Positions 1 to 12,998 of a stretch of DNA of 55,990 bases are shown here, one piece after another. Position 1 is the stretch's first letter, and every line of letters starts with the position of its first letter. The notes beneath the pieces are model-generated. The model was not told the DNA's origin and made no database searches. It worked only from the letters and a program-made list of their open reading frames with translations. The DNA is from Girardia tigrina. Its lineage: Eukaryota. The translations under genes were made by a program, and so were the position numbers. The stretch spans positions 6,837 to 62,826 of the forward strand of contig MQRK01231190.1 in assembly GCA_001938485.1 (NCBI GenBank), given 5' to 3'.

Positions 1-1576
1 GCATATTTATCGCTAACTCATATAAAAATGCGATAATTCCAAGACATCCGCAATGAAATTGAACAGGAAAACAACATTGCATGAAAAATTAAGAAAATTA
101 AATTTTCAATGAAAGTCTTGTTTTGAATCCTCAAGAGCGCAATACTCCGAAGAACTGAACGAGAGAGCTGTGTTTGCAAACAAAATATCTCATGTTGCAA
201 ACGTAAAGAACCTTTTATTTGAATAAATCATGTCTTTTCGTATTTTGTTGCTGTTGTTTATATTAAGTATTATTAAAATATATTTTATGGCCTTTCTTTT
301 TAATCTTAATAAAACATATATTATAGTATTTAATCAATGGGGATATAAAAAGAAATAACCCATAATTTAGAAATGAAATAAATATAATGATAACTTTTAA
401 AATTTAATTTACTTTTCATTAATTAGAAAATATATTTCTGATTTATAACAGCTCAGTATTTCCATTATTACTGATATTTTCATTAAAATCAGTGAAAAGT
501 TCGGAAAAAATTCATTATATTTATAATTAGGTTCAATTATAAATTTTGTCGGTCGTCTAATTTTTGAATAAAATCAGAAATATCACACAAAAAGTTAAAA
601 TAAATAAACTTCAATTAAATAAATTTATTTGTTTTAATAATTCTTTTAATTAAAACACTAATGATTTATTTATTTTTTATAGAAAATTAATTATTTATTA
701 ATAAAACATTTAATTTTTCTTTGATTTCCAGAAAAAAATTATTATTTTATATTTTTTCATTAAAATTTTTTTAATCATAATCAGTTATCAATCATCAAAT
801 TTTTGGCAATGTGAAATATTTTATTTTTTTGGAATTAAATTTAATAATAGAAATTATTATTTATTTTTTTATTTTTTCTTAAAATTTACAAATATTTTTC
901 AAAATTTTCAAATAATTTTTAATAACAAAGATTTAATTAAGTCTTTGATTTATTATAATTAGTTTTAATAATTAAACAATTTATTCCATTTATACGTTAT
1001 TAATTATGATCGTTGTTTGGACATGAAAATATTAATTGAATAATAATTAATAATTCTCGGTTTTGATCCAAAGGGATAACAATGAAGATTCTTTAAAGAC
1101 TATTACTTTAGCGCCATTCCTTCCTCGGGGGAAAATGTTAAATGACTCTCCAGAATGAGGAAGTTCAACCAAAGAATTCCTATAATAATAATTATGAATA
1201 TAGATTTATCTAATGCATAACGAATTTGTAGATTTGGTTCACTGGCGATCATATTACCCGTAACATTACTTAATTGTTCCTAAAGAGCCTGATATTCAAT
1301 ATTTATACCGAAGGAGACCCATAATGATTTATTTTTCTTTTTACTTTTACTTTTTTCTTTTAATTTACATCTGTTCAGAATTTATATTTAAAAATTCTTA
1401 TGTGTATTCGTTATTATTATAATATTTAATATTATCCTACTAAAAGACAAGTCATTTGGGCCAGAAACTTCATCGTTTTTAGTTCATTTGAATGACAATT
1501 TACTGATCTTTTTATTGTATTATTCCTTTAGCTTTGTGGCTTATATACAGTCGTTGCTATAATTCACCAGCCACCC

Positions 1577-1931
1577 CTACCAACTTGTACAATCGAAAGT
1601 CTCTTTCAACCAGACGTCGACGAATGGTTCGTGCGCTAGGGAATTTATTAATGTTAGCTGGAAGATCAGCTTGTATTGCGCGGGAACCAGCAAATGGATT
1701 GGTCTTGCAGGATCTCAAAATGGCTTGATCTGTCACCTTGCTTGTGATACACGGCCTTCCACTGCGTTTCGTATAGGCAAAGGCGCCGGTGGCTTGATGA
1801 AGACGGATAGTGTCGGCTACTGCAGGGCGGCTAATATTGAATCGCAGGGCAGTTGCACGGTTCGAGACTCCAGTGTCGTATAAAATGACGATTTGTTCCC
1901 TCAGAGTGGGTAAAGGTTTGTTGTCAGTCAT
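1577..1931 (-). pseudogene. Tc1 transposase N-terminal paired/HTH domain; DDE domain deleted
   Basis: MTDNKPLPTLREQIVILYDTGVSNRATALRF...KRSGRPCITS...SARTIRRRL; the frame runs directly into the TIR. Confidence 0.85.
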
Positions 1932-2375
1932 GTCGGAATAGTCACAAATACTTGACACAAATACTTTTATATATCATAATAGCATAGTGGGTGTTAGTAG
2001 CTTTTTTGAGTTCATACAATTTTCGAATTTTAAATCTAATAAATTTAATAATTCAATACTTAACATTTTTTTACAGATTAGGTTTAAATGAGATTTTTAT
2101 CAAATAAAGTAAAAAGTAATTTATATACAATTAATTTTTAATGTGAACATAAAACCAATAAAAAAGATTTTTTAGTAAAGTGAATTGTATTTTTTTTCGA
2201 AACATAAAATTTAATTTTTGGGAAATAATAAATAAACTAGAAAAACTATTTTGTAACTTAATATATAATTAATTAATATATAATTTTCAATTTTTTTAAG
2301 AAATATAACTTTTATTTTTTTAAAAAAAATGTATTGTAATAATTCTAAAATTAATTGCAATATTAATTGTATCTA

Positions 2376-3373
2376 TTGGGTTCTTGATCAAAAGACGTTG
2401 TCATGAACACAAAACTTTATTTCTACCAGAATTTGAGTTTTTTTAAACAAATATTTCCGAGGAACTTTTGCACTTTCTTTTTACACAGACCATTATAAAT
2501 AAGAATTGATATAAATATAAATATGGTTATTGTATTTTTTTCGAATTAAAATTCTATATTTTTTTAATAAAAAATTATAAAGTGAAATAAAATTTTATCA
2601 CAAAGATTTTGTTTCGTCTTTTATTAAATTTCAATTTTATTGTACCTTGAAATTTACATGTTTCTCAATTAAATTTCCCAATTCTATACAATAGAATTTT
2701 TCATTTCGTTTTCATAATAAATTTAAAAATTACTTTGGATTTAATAATATTTTAAAATAGAATTTAAAATCGCAATTTCGTTTAATTAATTTTTTACGTT
2801 AAATTTCTGAAAATCTTATTTTAACATATCTATAACAATATTTTACGGAATGTAATTGTTTAATTATTAATTTGATAAGATTGTAACTTCAAAGATTTTA
2901 TGAAATCAACAACGCTCCCAACAGTATCTTTAAAACGTATTTTACTAATTGTGATTTTAATTTTATCTTTAAAACATTTCGTAATAAATCTAAAATAATT
3001 GGGATTTTAATGTTATGTTACCGAATCTAAAAAAATAATATTTAAATGATTATGAAATCAAAATGAAAGTTTTGTGTTATGGAATGGGACATTGTAATTG
3101 AGAAACGATTAAATTTCTGAAAATTTAATAAAAGAGGCAACAAAAACAACTGTGACAAATTTTAACTTTATTTTTTAATAACTTTATAATTTTAACAAAA
3201 AAAATATAAATTAAAATTCTTAATAACCATATCTATATTTATATTTATTTATAATGGTTTGTGTAAAAAAAAGAAAGTGCGAAAGTTCCTCGAAAATATT
3301 TGTTTAAAAAACTTGAATTGTGATAGAAATAAAGTTTTTTCTTAATGATATCTTCTTTTGATCAAGAACCCAA
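2376..3373. mobile_element. ~1-kb foldback/MITE-like element nested in the Tc1 element
   Basis: Ends TTGGGTTCTTGATCAAAAG / CTTTTGATCAAGAACCCAA; imperfect inverted arms extend several hundred bp inward. No clear TSD. Confidence 0.75.
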
Positions 3374-5635
3374 AAGTGGGTATGCTACTAAAGCTGTATT
3401 CTTATTTGATGTTGGTTAAGAACATTATTTACATGCACTTACACACACGCACGTAGATATTAATTTTCTTTAAAATGCAAGGGTGGCCGGTGAATTATGG
3501 CCACGACTGTATGTAGTAATATATTAAAGATATAATAAAATAAAATTTTCAACAATTTAAATTAAAAATTAAAATAATTAAAAAACCCGAACAAAGGGGT
3601 ACTGTTGTTGGTGGGTTGTTATTTCGATGACTAATTAAGAGTTAATTAATTTTTGGTGTGCCTGATTTTGACTGAATTGGTCAGATCATTTATATACTAA
3701 TCTGATTGGATGAATAATCAGAGCGAGTGGACAGAGAATTTCTTCATTTATTTTTAAATATATTTTTCTATAATTGTTCGATCGACTAAATTAACAAAAT
3801 ATACAATTATAATTTAACGATTGTCTATTCATCATTTTTTTCACCTAATTGAGTGAATTTTTTTGATATTAAAAACGATTTGAATCTTTTTACAGTTCAT
3901 AAATAAACGAATCTTCTTGATCGTAATTTTAGTTCCTTAGATTTAATCTGAGATTAGCTATACAAAAAAATCATCACTTGAGAGAAATTATGATCAATCT
4001 GAATAATATCATAAAAAAGTAGATCAAGCACGAAATGCTCGACCTTCAAATCTGCTGCGTCCCTGTTACCACCGTTCAGTCTCTTGGAAAACTTGGGGAC
4101 TGCACCGAACAACATCTATAACTCTTTATTATGAGGAAATGTTTTAGACGCGTACTGATAAGTCATATATATCTTGGCAAAAAAGTTCGCTGTGTAAAAG
4201 AACAAACTTAAGAATTTGATTTATCTTTAATGTAAAGGTAGTTTGAAAGTTTAATTAATAATTTTTATACTTGTAAAAACCATTTTAAATTAAAAGAAAC
4301 TTTTTTCAAGTTTTTATATTCATTGTTCTTAAAAACTGGGTAAAGGGTTCTAGGTATATATTATATCCAACAAAAATAAATGATGAAAGAGAATGCAACC
4401 TGATAATTAATCATTCAAATATAACATTTGTCTTAGTATTAAAGATAAAAGATTAACGGGAAATATTTTTGAACCTTGTCTTTTTGTTCAAGCCTTTGAT
4501 ATATGATTTTTGATTATCAAAATATTGTTATTTTCTAATAATTCCAAAATATATTTTAAAAGTTAATTATTTTTTATTCTTGTTTGAGAAGAAAGCTTCT
4601 TCAATTTAATTTATTTTAACAACAGAAAATTAAAATTAATTAACATTTCAAACCAAATTTATTCTAAATCCTATTTTTTATCTCTTACAAATCTGAGATT
4701 ATCCTCATAAGATTACTCTTTTAACGGACTCAGAGACTGAGAAGTTTATTCCCTCTTTAAGATTAAAACAAAAAATTCTATACAATTATTTTTTAATTAA
4801 TAAAAGAAAATTTTAAAACTAAGAATGAAGATTTTTTAATTACAGAATAAAAGAAATTTGAGAATTCTTTTACTTTTGGAAAAGTTATTTTTTACAAAAA
4901 AAGCGATTTTATAAAATTAACTTTACGATTCACTTTATATGTTTTTGGTAAAATATGACGATTTTGTCAACATTTAATTTCGATATTTTGTTTGCGGAAC
5001 GGAGATAAAGTGATTTTACAGTGAATAAGCATATTAGAATTGAATTTCCGTGCTTTCAGGATTGCAAATTTTTATATTGCTTCTTGAACAAAAATTTTTA
5101 GAAGAGTAATATATTTTGGAAAAGGATGAAGTATAAAAATTGCAATATGACTTATTCTTCCTTCTGCAAAATCATAATTTTCCAATTGATACATCCCTAC
5201 AAAATTAGGGATAAAAAATGAATAAAATATGAATTTACATTAATTCTAATTTTTTAATGAATATTTTCTATCCTAATTTTATTAAAAGATGTTGTAACAA
5301 CACATAGATGAATTTATATATTTTTTGATGATATAATTCCATTATAACACATCTTTTTGATCGTGAAGATTGTGAGGTGCCCCTTGAAGATTTGATATTT
5401 ATACCGATTAATCTTCAATATGGACTATGCGTAACAATCTCCTGATGTCAGTCAACTATAGAGGTTCAAGAAGACCATTTCCAAGCACTTAGAATTAATC
5501 AAATTAAAATTAACAATAATTGACGGAGTCAAAAACATGAAACATATTTTAAAGAAAACAAAGTAATTTAATATTCATATAAATATTTTAAAAATGACGA
5601 CAACGAATTTTTAACAAAAACTTTTCGTCAAAATG

Positions 5636-5682
5636 TATTGTTATTAATTTCGACGGATCGACCGTCATCATCAGACAGAATT
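5636..5682 (-). ncRNA. Minimal hammerhead ribozyme in Penelope pseudo-LTR
   Basis: Minus strand UGU-CUGAUGA-U-GACGG(UCGAU)CCGUC-GAAA-UUAA-UA-ACA, ~65 nt downstream of the GIY-YIG stop codon. Confidence 0.8.
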
Positions 5683-5745
5683 AACAATGATATACTCGCG
5701 TTTATGTATCAAAGCAAAGTTTATGTAATCACTATGTCATTTAAA

Positions 5746-6800
5746 TCATGAAAATACTTTCAATAAAGTTGAAGAGGATCGTGTTTGGACATTGATTTTA
5801 GGATCAAAATATTTAATCAACAATGTTTCACTCATCACCCTCTCCCAGTAATTATCAAATTGTGAACACAAAATCTTAAAATTACTTACATCAACTTTAC
5901 TATTCAAACAGTTCTTCTTATGTTGAGCAATATTGCTATCACTTTCCCTGCGATTATGTTCCTGAATCCGTTTACAGAGATGACGACAAGTCTCTCCGAT
6001 ATATATGGCGTCACACCAATTACATTTATATTGATAAACTAAATTGGAACATAACCCAGTTGGAGTGATAGATTTACTACTAAACAAACTTCCTATCTTA
6101 CATGATCCAGATACAATTTTTAAATTTAATAAATTATTTTCAAAATAGAGAATTTGAATTTCCTGAAACCCTCAGAGTAGGGAACAATCAAAATAAAACC
6201 AATATTATCATAATTATTATTTATCTGATTTTTGTTTTTGACGCTATTTATTGTATTTGATTTTTCATTTTCATTTTCCGATTTAATTAATTTATCGACA
6301 GTTTCACGAGTTAATTTTTCAACTATCGATTTGGAATATCCATTTTTATGAAGTAAATTCNNNNNNNNNNNNNNNNNNNNNNNNNNNNNNNNNNNNNNNN
6401 NNNNNNNNNNATTTATATTGATAAACTAAATTGGAACATAACCCAGTTGGAGTAATAGATTTACTACTAAACAAACTTCCTATCTTACATGATCTAGATA
6501 CAATTTTTAAATTTAATAAATTATTTTCAAAATAGAGTTTTGGATTTTCCTGAAACCCTCAGAGTAGGGAACAGTCAAAACACAACCAATATTGTCATAA
6601 TTATTATTTATCTGATTTTTGTTTTTGACGCTATTTATTCTATTTGATTTTTCATTTTCATTTTCCGATTTAATTAATTTATCGACAGTTTCACGAGTTA
6701 ATTTTTCAACTATCGATTTGGAATATCCATTTTTATGAAGTAAATTCATTAACTTATCAATACTTTCATTACATTTAGCGTACGTAGACGAAAGATCTAT
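5746..6800 (-). mobile_element. 5'-truncated Penelope-like element (RT linker plus GIY-YIG endonuclease)
   Basis: LLHKNGYSKSIV...VPYSEG; SNLVYQYKCNWCDAIYIGETCRHLCKRIQEH...ETLLIKYFDPKIN. Segment ~6021-6360 is repeated at 6411-6747 across a 50-N gap. Confidence 0.92.
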
Positions 6801-9593
6801 TGATCAAACTTTTTGTCATATTTCTTTTATATTTAAGTTCTAAAAAATTATTATATAATTAATAATTTAATATTTATATTCATTAATATAAAGAATTTAA
6901 TTCTAAATGGTTATCGCATCGCTACAACCTTCTACATAATTGTATTCCTTTTTATTAACTTAAGATAATCTAAGTATTTTTCAAGCGATCAAGCTATAAC
7001 ATATTCACCATAAGATTCTATCTTTCTTAAAGAAAAAGTCTATTTCCTTTCTTTTTAATTTATTAGATTTTTGAGGTCTACATAGACCATTAAAATAAAG
7101 AACAAACGTTTTTTCTGTTCATGGATCAAAGAGGCCTTTTAATATCGCTCAAATCTATGCAGTAAATTTACAATACTCTGGAAAATTAATAGAAATGATT
7201 GAAACTCACCAATTTGTTTGCTTGATGAAAATGCTCCCAAATCGTTCCACCTTTATTGAATTTTCAGCCACCCTAGACTGTAGCTCCAAATTCATTGATC
7301 CTTTGTCATAAAGTACCTTTTTGAATTTCCAGACTTTAATTTTTGTCCAAAAAGATATGCAAAGTATAATGCATTTTAATAATGTATTTGACGCCCACAC
7401 ATTTTCTGATGACTAAGATCGCGATACATAGGAAAGGGATTGGTATGTATTCTTAGATACTATTTATTGATTGTTAAGTACATTTCATTGCTTTCCACTT
7501 TTACTACCATTGATAGTCAGAGGCATTTTTTAATAAACTGCCACAGTTATGAGACCTGAAACTTCATACAAAACCTTCAAAAAACAATTTTTAAAAGTTT
7601 TATTTCAGAAATAAGACAATAATACTGAAAAAAATAATTCTAATTTGTTAACAAATTAAATATAATTACTTATAAACATATTCATAAAATATTAAAACGA
7701 TTTTTAATATTGAAAATTAAATCTGATTAATAAGATTTACATCAAAATAATTTTTATTTTCTTTTGAATAATTGTTTTAAGAAAAAATTTTTACATTGCC
7801 GAATAATATTAAAAAAATAATCTTAACAATCTTTTTGAATTGTTATAAAAGCATTTAATAAGCACAAACAAAAGATGTATTGTTGAAAAAGGAAAAAAAT
7901 TATATTTTGAGATTTATATAATTTAACCGGATTGTTGGGAGATTGTTTTTATGGGATTTATTCACCTAACCGAGAATACATTGCTTTTGTCCAGAAATTC
8001 CATTTACTTCAATTTTATGACTGTTTTGATAGAAAATCTGTTAAGGATTGAATAAAAAACACAATTCAATACAGATTTTATCTTGTAAAAGACAATTTTG
8101 ATTTGAAATTCTCTTTGGGATATTTTTTTAAAAAATTAAATATTCACAACATCCGGTCTTATAATATAAATAAATAATTTATTTGATATTTTTGATGTTA
8201 CTACACAAATTACCAGCAATTAATGAAGAAAAATTTATAGACAAATTATATCACCTTAATGTAGAAAAAAATAAAATAAAACGGCATTTTAATTATTTTT
8301 TCATTTTTTTTAAAATAAGTTTTCAGCGCGGTTTACAAAACAAAATTTTTAATTAATTAATAAAGATTTTATCATTAAATTAAAAAGGAAAAGTAAACAT
8401 AATGCGAAATCCAAAATAATAAGTTTTTTTTCTAAACAAAAATTACTAAATATATATTTTATTTCTAACGGAAAATTTTTCATTATTTTTTATTAAATTA
8501 AAATTATTTTTTAAAATTTATTTGAAATAAAATTTACTTGATATTAAATTGATAAAAAAAATGAATTTTTTTTAGATTAACAATTTTTTTTCTAGTCTAA
8601 ATGAAATGATTAAAAGAAAAAAAATTCTTGAATTATACGAAAAGAAAAATAAATATAAATATAAAAATTTATTTAAAATTTATTCTAATTATGTCTGAAT
8701 ATTTATAATAATTTTATTTTAATTGTTTTATTTGAACGTTGAACATTTCGGAAATTTTAAAATAATAAATTCAGTTAGAAGAGTTTTATATTTCGAAATA
8801 TTATTACCACCAAGAGATATTTCATGATTTATGGGAAAATTGACAATTTTACGAACGTATTAAATCGCTAATTTATCCTCCCATTTCTTATTATAAAGTA
8901 TATATCCTATTTGTATAAAATTGAAATAATAAAATAATTTTACTTATACATTATATTTTATAATAATTTTTAAATATTTATTCTTTTTGTCGAATAAACA
9001 GAAATTATAATAAATTTTGTAATCAAACATTTTGTCATCCATTTACAGAATACAAAAAAGTGTTATTCTTGTCTATCAGCTAGACTAATCTGTCAGACCT
9101 AGATGGAGGGTCTAAACATTTTGATCTAATTTACAAAAGTATTTTTAAGGTTTAATATTCGTCTGAAAGAAGAACAATAAATTTTATCAAAAAAATTTAC
9201 TATTTATCTAATTACAACAATTAATCTAATTTTGTTCTTATTTGCTTGAATTAAAAAACCTTATTCCCAGTATAATTGATGGATTATTCGAAGAAAAAAG
9301 AAAGAAATAAAAATATGGCTACTATCATTTATACGTTGCTTCCATTTGTAAACTAAATTTAAACTATATTAATGAAAATGAATTTCACATTAGTGAAAAT
9401 CAATTTCACGAAAATATAAATATGAAATCATAAATGAAAATAAATATCAAATGTAAATATTTCATGAATTATAATATATCAGAATATTATAAAAGAATTT
9501 CTTGAATTTGATTTTTTGCACTTTTGATACAGTTAATATTAAAAATATATATTTGTTTTAATATTTAATCAATTTATAAAAAAATCAATCATC

Positions 9594-10638
9594 ATGCCAC
9601 GCGGAAAATGTAATAAAAATGACAGAAGTGCCCGTCAAAAAATTTTAGAACTCTTTGAGAATGGAGGTGATTGGAAGTCAGTCTGCATGATCTATGAAAT
9701 AAATACAAGAACAGCTTACGACTGGATTCGCAATAATCAAAATGAGCCACTTTCAAAAGGAGTGTACAGAAAGAGTGTCAAAAGACACAAGAAGTTGTCA
9801 ACAGTCTGATACAGTGGATTGAGGATGACTGTCAAATAACTTTAAAACAGTGTGTCGATCGCCTAGTAGAGGAACTCGGTATGAAAGTGAACGTCAACAC
9901 TGTCAAAGACTGGTTAGATTATGAGTTGAGGATGTTCGACCTGCAATTGCTAACATGAACTTCGAAGAATACAAAATGAAGCGTTCTCAATATATTACCT
10001 CACTGTTGTCTGCTCGATCTCTAAATTGGGACAATTATTTAGATTGATGAATCAAATTTTAACTTGTTTTGTCGCCGTAAACAAAGCCGCTCAAAAATTG
10101 GCTCCCGTTCTTGCGTTGTAACTCCAAGTTACGAAGGAAATAATTTCCATTGTATTGCAGCCATGTCATCCACCCAGTTGATTCATTTCCAGTGTTTACT
10201 GTGGTCCTTCAAGAAAGAAGATTGTCAGCAGGGGTTTCGAAAACTCATAGAGCTCCGTGTCGATACTGGTGTTAAGTCCGCAACTTTTTTGATCGACAAT
10301 GCCTTCGTTCGTTCCGGTTTGAAAAGGTAATTGAAGATTGTGAAGATGTTCAGTTAATTCGTCTGGCTCCATATTCTTATTTAATAAACCCGATTGAACT
10401 TGCGTGGAGCCCATTCAAAACCTCCGTAAAAGATAGTTTGAGGAATGAAATGCTGAACATTTTAAATTATGCCAAAAGAGACAGGGGTCTAACTATAGCT
10501 GAATATAGAATGCTAGTTCTGGAGAAAATCGCTTTGGAAGCAAAAAATATTTTAACTTAGTAAAAACTAATTCATTTTTTAAATCATTTTGAACGATACT
10601 ATTCCGGCATTCTCAAAATGGATGATTTAAAGGAGTAA
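9594..10638 (+). pseudogene. IS630/Tc1-like DDE transposase, degenerate
   Basis: N-terminal HTH (INTRTAYDWIR), IDESNFNL, LIDNA, RLAPYSYLINPIELAWSPFK; frameshifts and stops. Confidence 0.88.
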
Positions 10639-11574
10639 GGATTTTGGTAAAATCTTAAGTAAGTGCATCTTAATGCAATTAGGTTTGTTTTGTGAGTAAT
10701 GTTTGATTGTAAAAAAGAGTGTCAAATTATTTCATCAATTGGCACAACCGAAAACATACAAATGGATGTTAACAAATTATTCAAAGAGTTATCAATCAAA
10801 GAAATCAAGTAACAAAACATCAAAACTCGATCATAAATCGAAACGAAAAGGTTCAGTAAAGCATCAATGTTATCTAACATTTGTCGAAACATATCGATCC
10901 ATTCTCAGTTAATGTCTCATAAATATCAAGACGAAGAGCTAAATATCCACATTATATTCAATCGATATGGGAGCTTATTGTCGAATTTAGAAACAACAAT
11001 CGGATTAATTTGTCGAAACTCTCTAAAATCCACAAAAATTCGTCACACAATTAATGACGTTCTTGATTGTTTAGTTGGAATTCTTTTAATAGAAAATCGT
11101 GTCAGACAGTGATTTGATTTAGAATTGCATGTTTAAATTTAGTTATGTACTGAATTTTATGACTATTAAAGAGTTGAAAAACATTTGTTCGTGTTTCTTT
11201 TGGATTTTGTAATTGAAAAGGAAAAAGGCAATTATTGAATTTGGTTTGAATCTGAATTTTATTTAAAAAAGAAATTTCAATTTTATTAATCAAATTTGAA
11301 ATTATTGTAATTGTTTTGTCTTAAATAATTGTATACATCTATTCGAAATTTGTAAAGAAATATCATAATAATTTTTTTGATACAAAATTAAATGTTTGTT
11401 GAGATAAATCAGTTGTTGGTTTGTTTTGTGAGACGATGAATCACGGTTTTTTTGAATTTGAATAAACGTTAAATATCAATTTCGAATCGAGTTCTTTTTT
11501 TGTCTGTATTTAACTATAGAGTTATGAATTTTCTTTGCGATTTTATCGATTATTCATCGATAATGATTATTATT

Positions 11575-12885
11575 ATGTTAAGGGAAATTAGAATTGTCGA
11601 ACACGAATCAGTTGAATGGATTTTTAAAAATATTCCGAAATTTTCAAAAGGAAAATTTCTAAAGAGATTGAATGTAATAATTATGAAAGCTTAGAGTAAC
11701 TTTTCGATTCGCTGAATAAGTTAATGTTTTAATTTAAAAATTTTGCAAAAATTAAATAATAAAAACAGAGTTTAAAATCAAAAAAAAATTAAAGTTGATA
11801 TATTTCAGTTGACAGTTTTAAAATAAAAATTTTAAAAAAAATAATACAATTAATAAAAGTTTTTGCATAAATTTATATATGAAGCTGTTACAAAAGTTTT
11901 TTTTACGAAATTAAATAGTTTTCTACAAATTAATTTTAAAATTAGATGTTATATAAATGTAAAAAATAGTTTATTGTGTTTAGAATATTTTTTAAAAAAT
12001 ACATAATAATAAATATTTTTAAAATTTTATAAGTTGATTGCATCTTATTTAAATGAAATAAATTAATTTTATAGGTAATAAAATTTTATAAAGCATTCTA
12101 GAAATAATAAAAAAGTTTTAATTAAAAAGAAAAGTTCAAAAATATGTTATCGAATATAATAAATTATTTTTAAAGTTTTTACACATTCATTAGATTTTAT
12201 TTAATTGAATAAATTAATTTTATTTGTCATATAATTTTTAAAAAATGCATTTTAAAAAATAATGAAAATTTGATATAGTAAAAAGTCAAAAATAAGTTAT
12301 AGAATATAATAAATTATTTTTAAAGTTTAAAATGTTTTTTTACGAATTGAATGTAAAATAAAATTTATAAGGCGAGTTGAAAATTTTAATAAACGGAAAT
12401 TTGTTTAAAAATTGGGCATTGTCATATTAATAAATTTTGGTGTTAAAAATAAATTCTGATATTGATGTTGCAACCATTTCTCACAATAATAACGGCATTC
12501 GATGTAAACGTCGATATTGTTGTGGTCAGAACGAATAACGGCAATATTTATTAATCGTAAAACTAATTTAATGGAAATTGTTTTGCTGGAAAAAGATTGT
12601 GAGGTCTGCCAATTGAAAATTATTCGCACTGTCGACGTATTGATCGCCGTCGGATTCATTGATTTATATCTTGACGATTCCATTAAAGGATGGTTTGGTT
12701 TTCCAAGAAATGAGTCAGTTAGTTATTCCTGGCGAATATAAAGCTACCGTTTCTTGTATGTCATGGAGTACAAATGCAGAAAAGCTTTTTAGTGGAGATA
12801 TTTATGGATTTGTTTTCTGTGTTAATATTAATTATCAGAATAAAACAGTTTCTGCATATGAAATTTCTAAAACAGCATCGTTAAT
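11575..12885 (+). pseudogene. TECPR2: TECPR2/HPS5-like WD40 N-terminal fragment, two exons (11575-11673, 12474-12885)
   Basis: MLREIRIVEHESVEWIFKNIPKFSKG | PFLTIITAFDVNVDIVVV...EVCQLKIIRTVDVLIAVG...VSCMSWSTNAEKLFSGDIYGFV resembles TECPR2 (LTALDTN...ITALAWSPNGMKLFSGDDKGKI). GT donor at 11674; acceptor reads AA; frameshifts. Confidence 0.7.
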
Positions 12886-12998
12886 CAGAAAAGGCATGAA
12901 GCGTATAAATCGAAGAATTTTTCAGTCGCTCTTGATCATTATAATAAAGCTATCGAACTTGATCCAAAAATTGCACAATTTATACTGACGTTGCAGCT
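12886..12998 (+). pseudogene. STIP1: STI1/HOP TPR2A-like fragment
   Basis: HEAYKSKNFSVALDHYNKAIELDPK(fs)TIYTDVAA resembles [36 protein letters not shown]. Confidence 0.7.

Larger units (their letters stand above)
1548..3509 (-). mobile_element. Internally deleted Tc1-type transposon
   Basis: TIRs CAGTCGTTGCTATAATTCACCAGCCACCC (1548) and the reverse complement of GGGTGGCCGGTGAATTATGGCCACGACTG (3481-3509), each flanked by TA. Confidence 0.9.

Noticed and set aside
7200-7580. Exon-like minus-strand stretch (PFPMYRDLSHQKMCGRQIHY...)
   Set aside because: Multiple stops and no family recognised.
7913-8170. Possible MITE (ACCGGATTGTTG / CAACATCCGGT)
   Set aside because: Short imperfect inverted repeat in very AT-rich DNA with no TSD.
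11880-12350. Degenerate ~150-bp intronic tandem repeats (similar short duplication at 24290-24430)
   Set aside because: Ordinary AT-rich local duplications.
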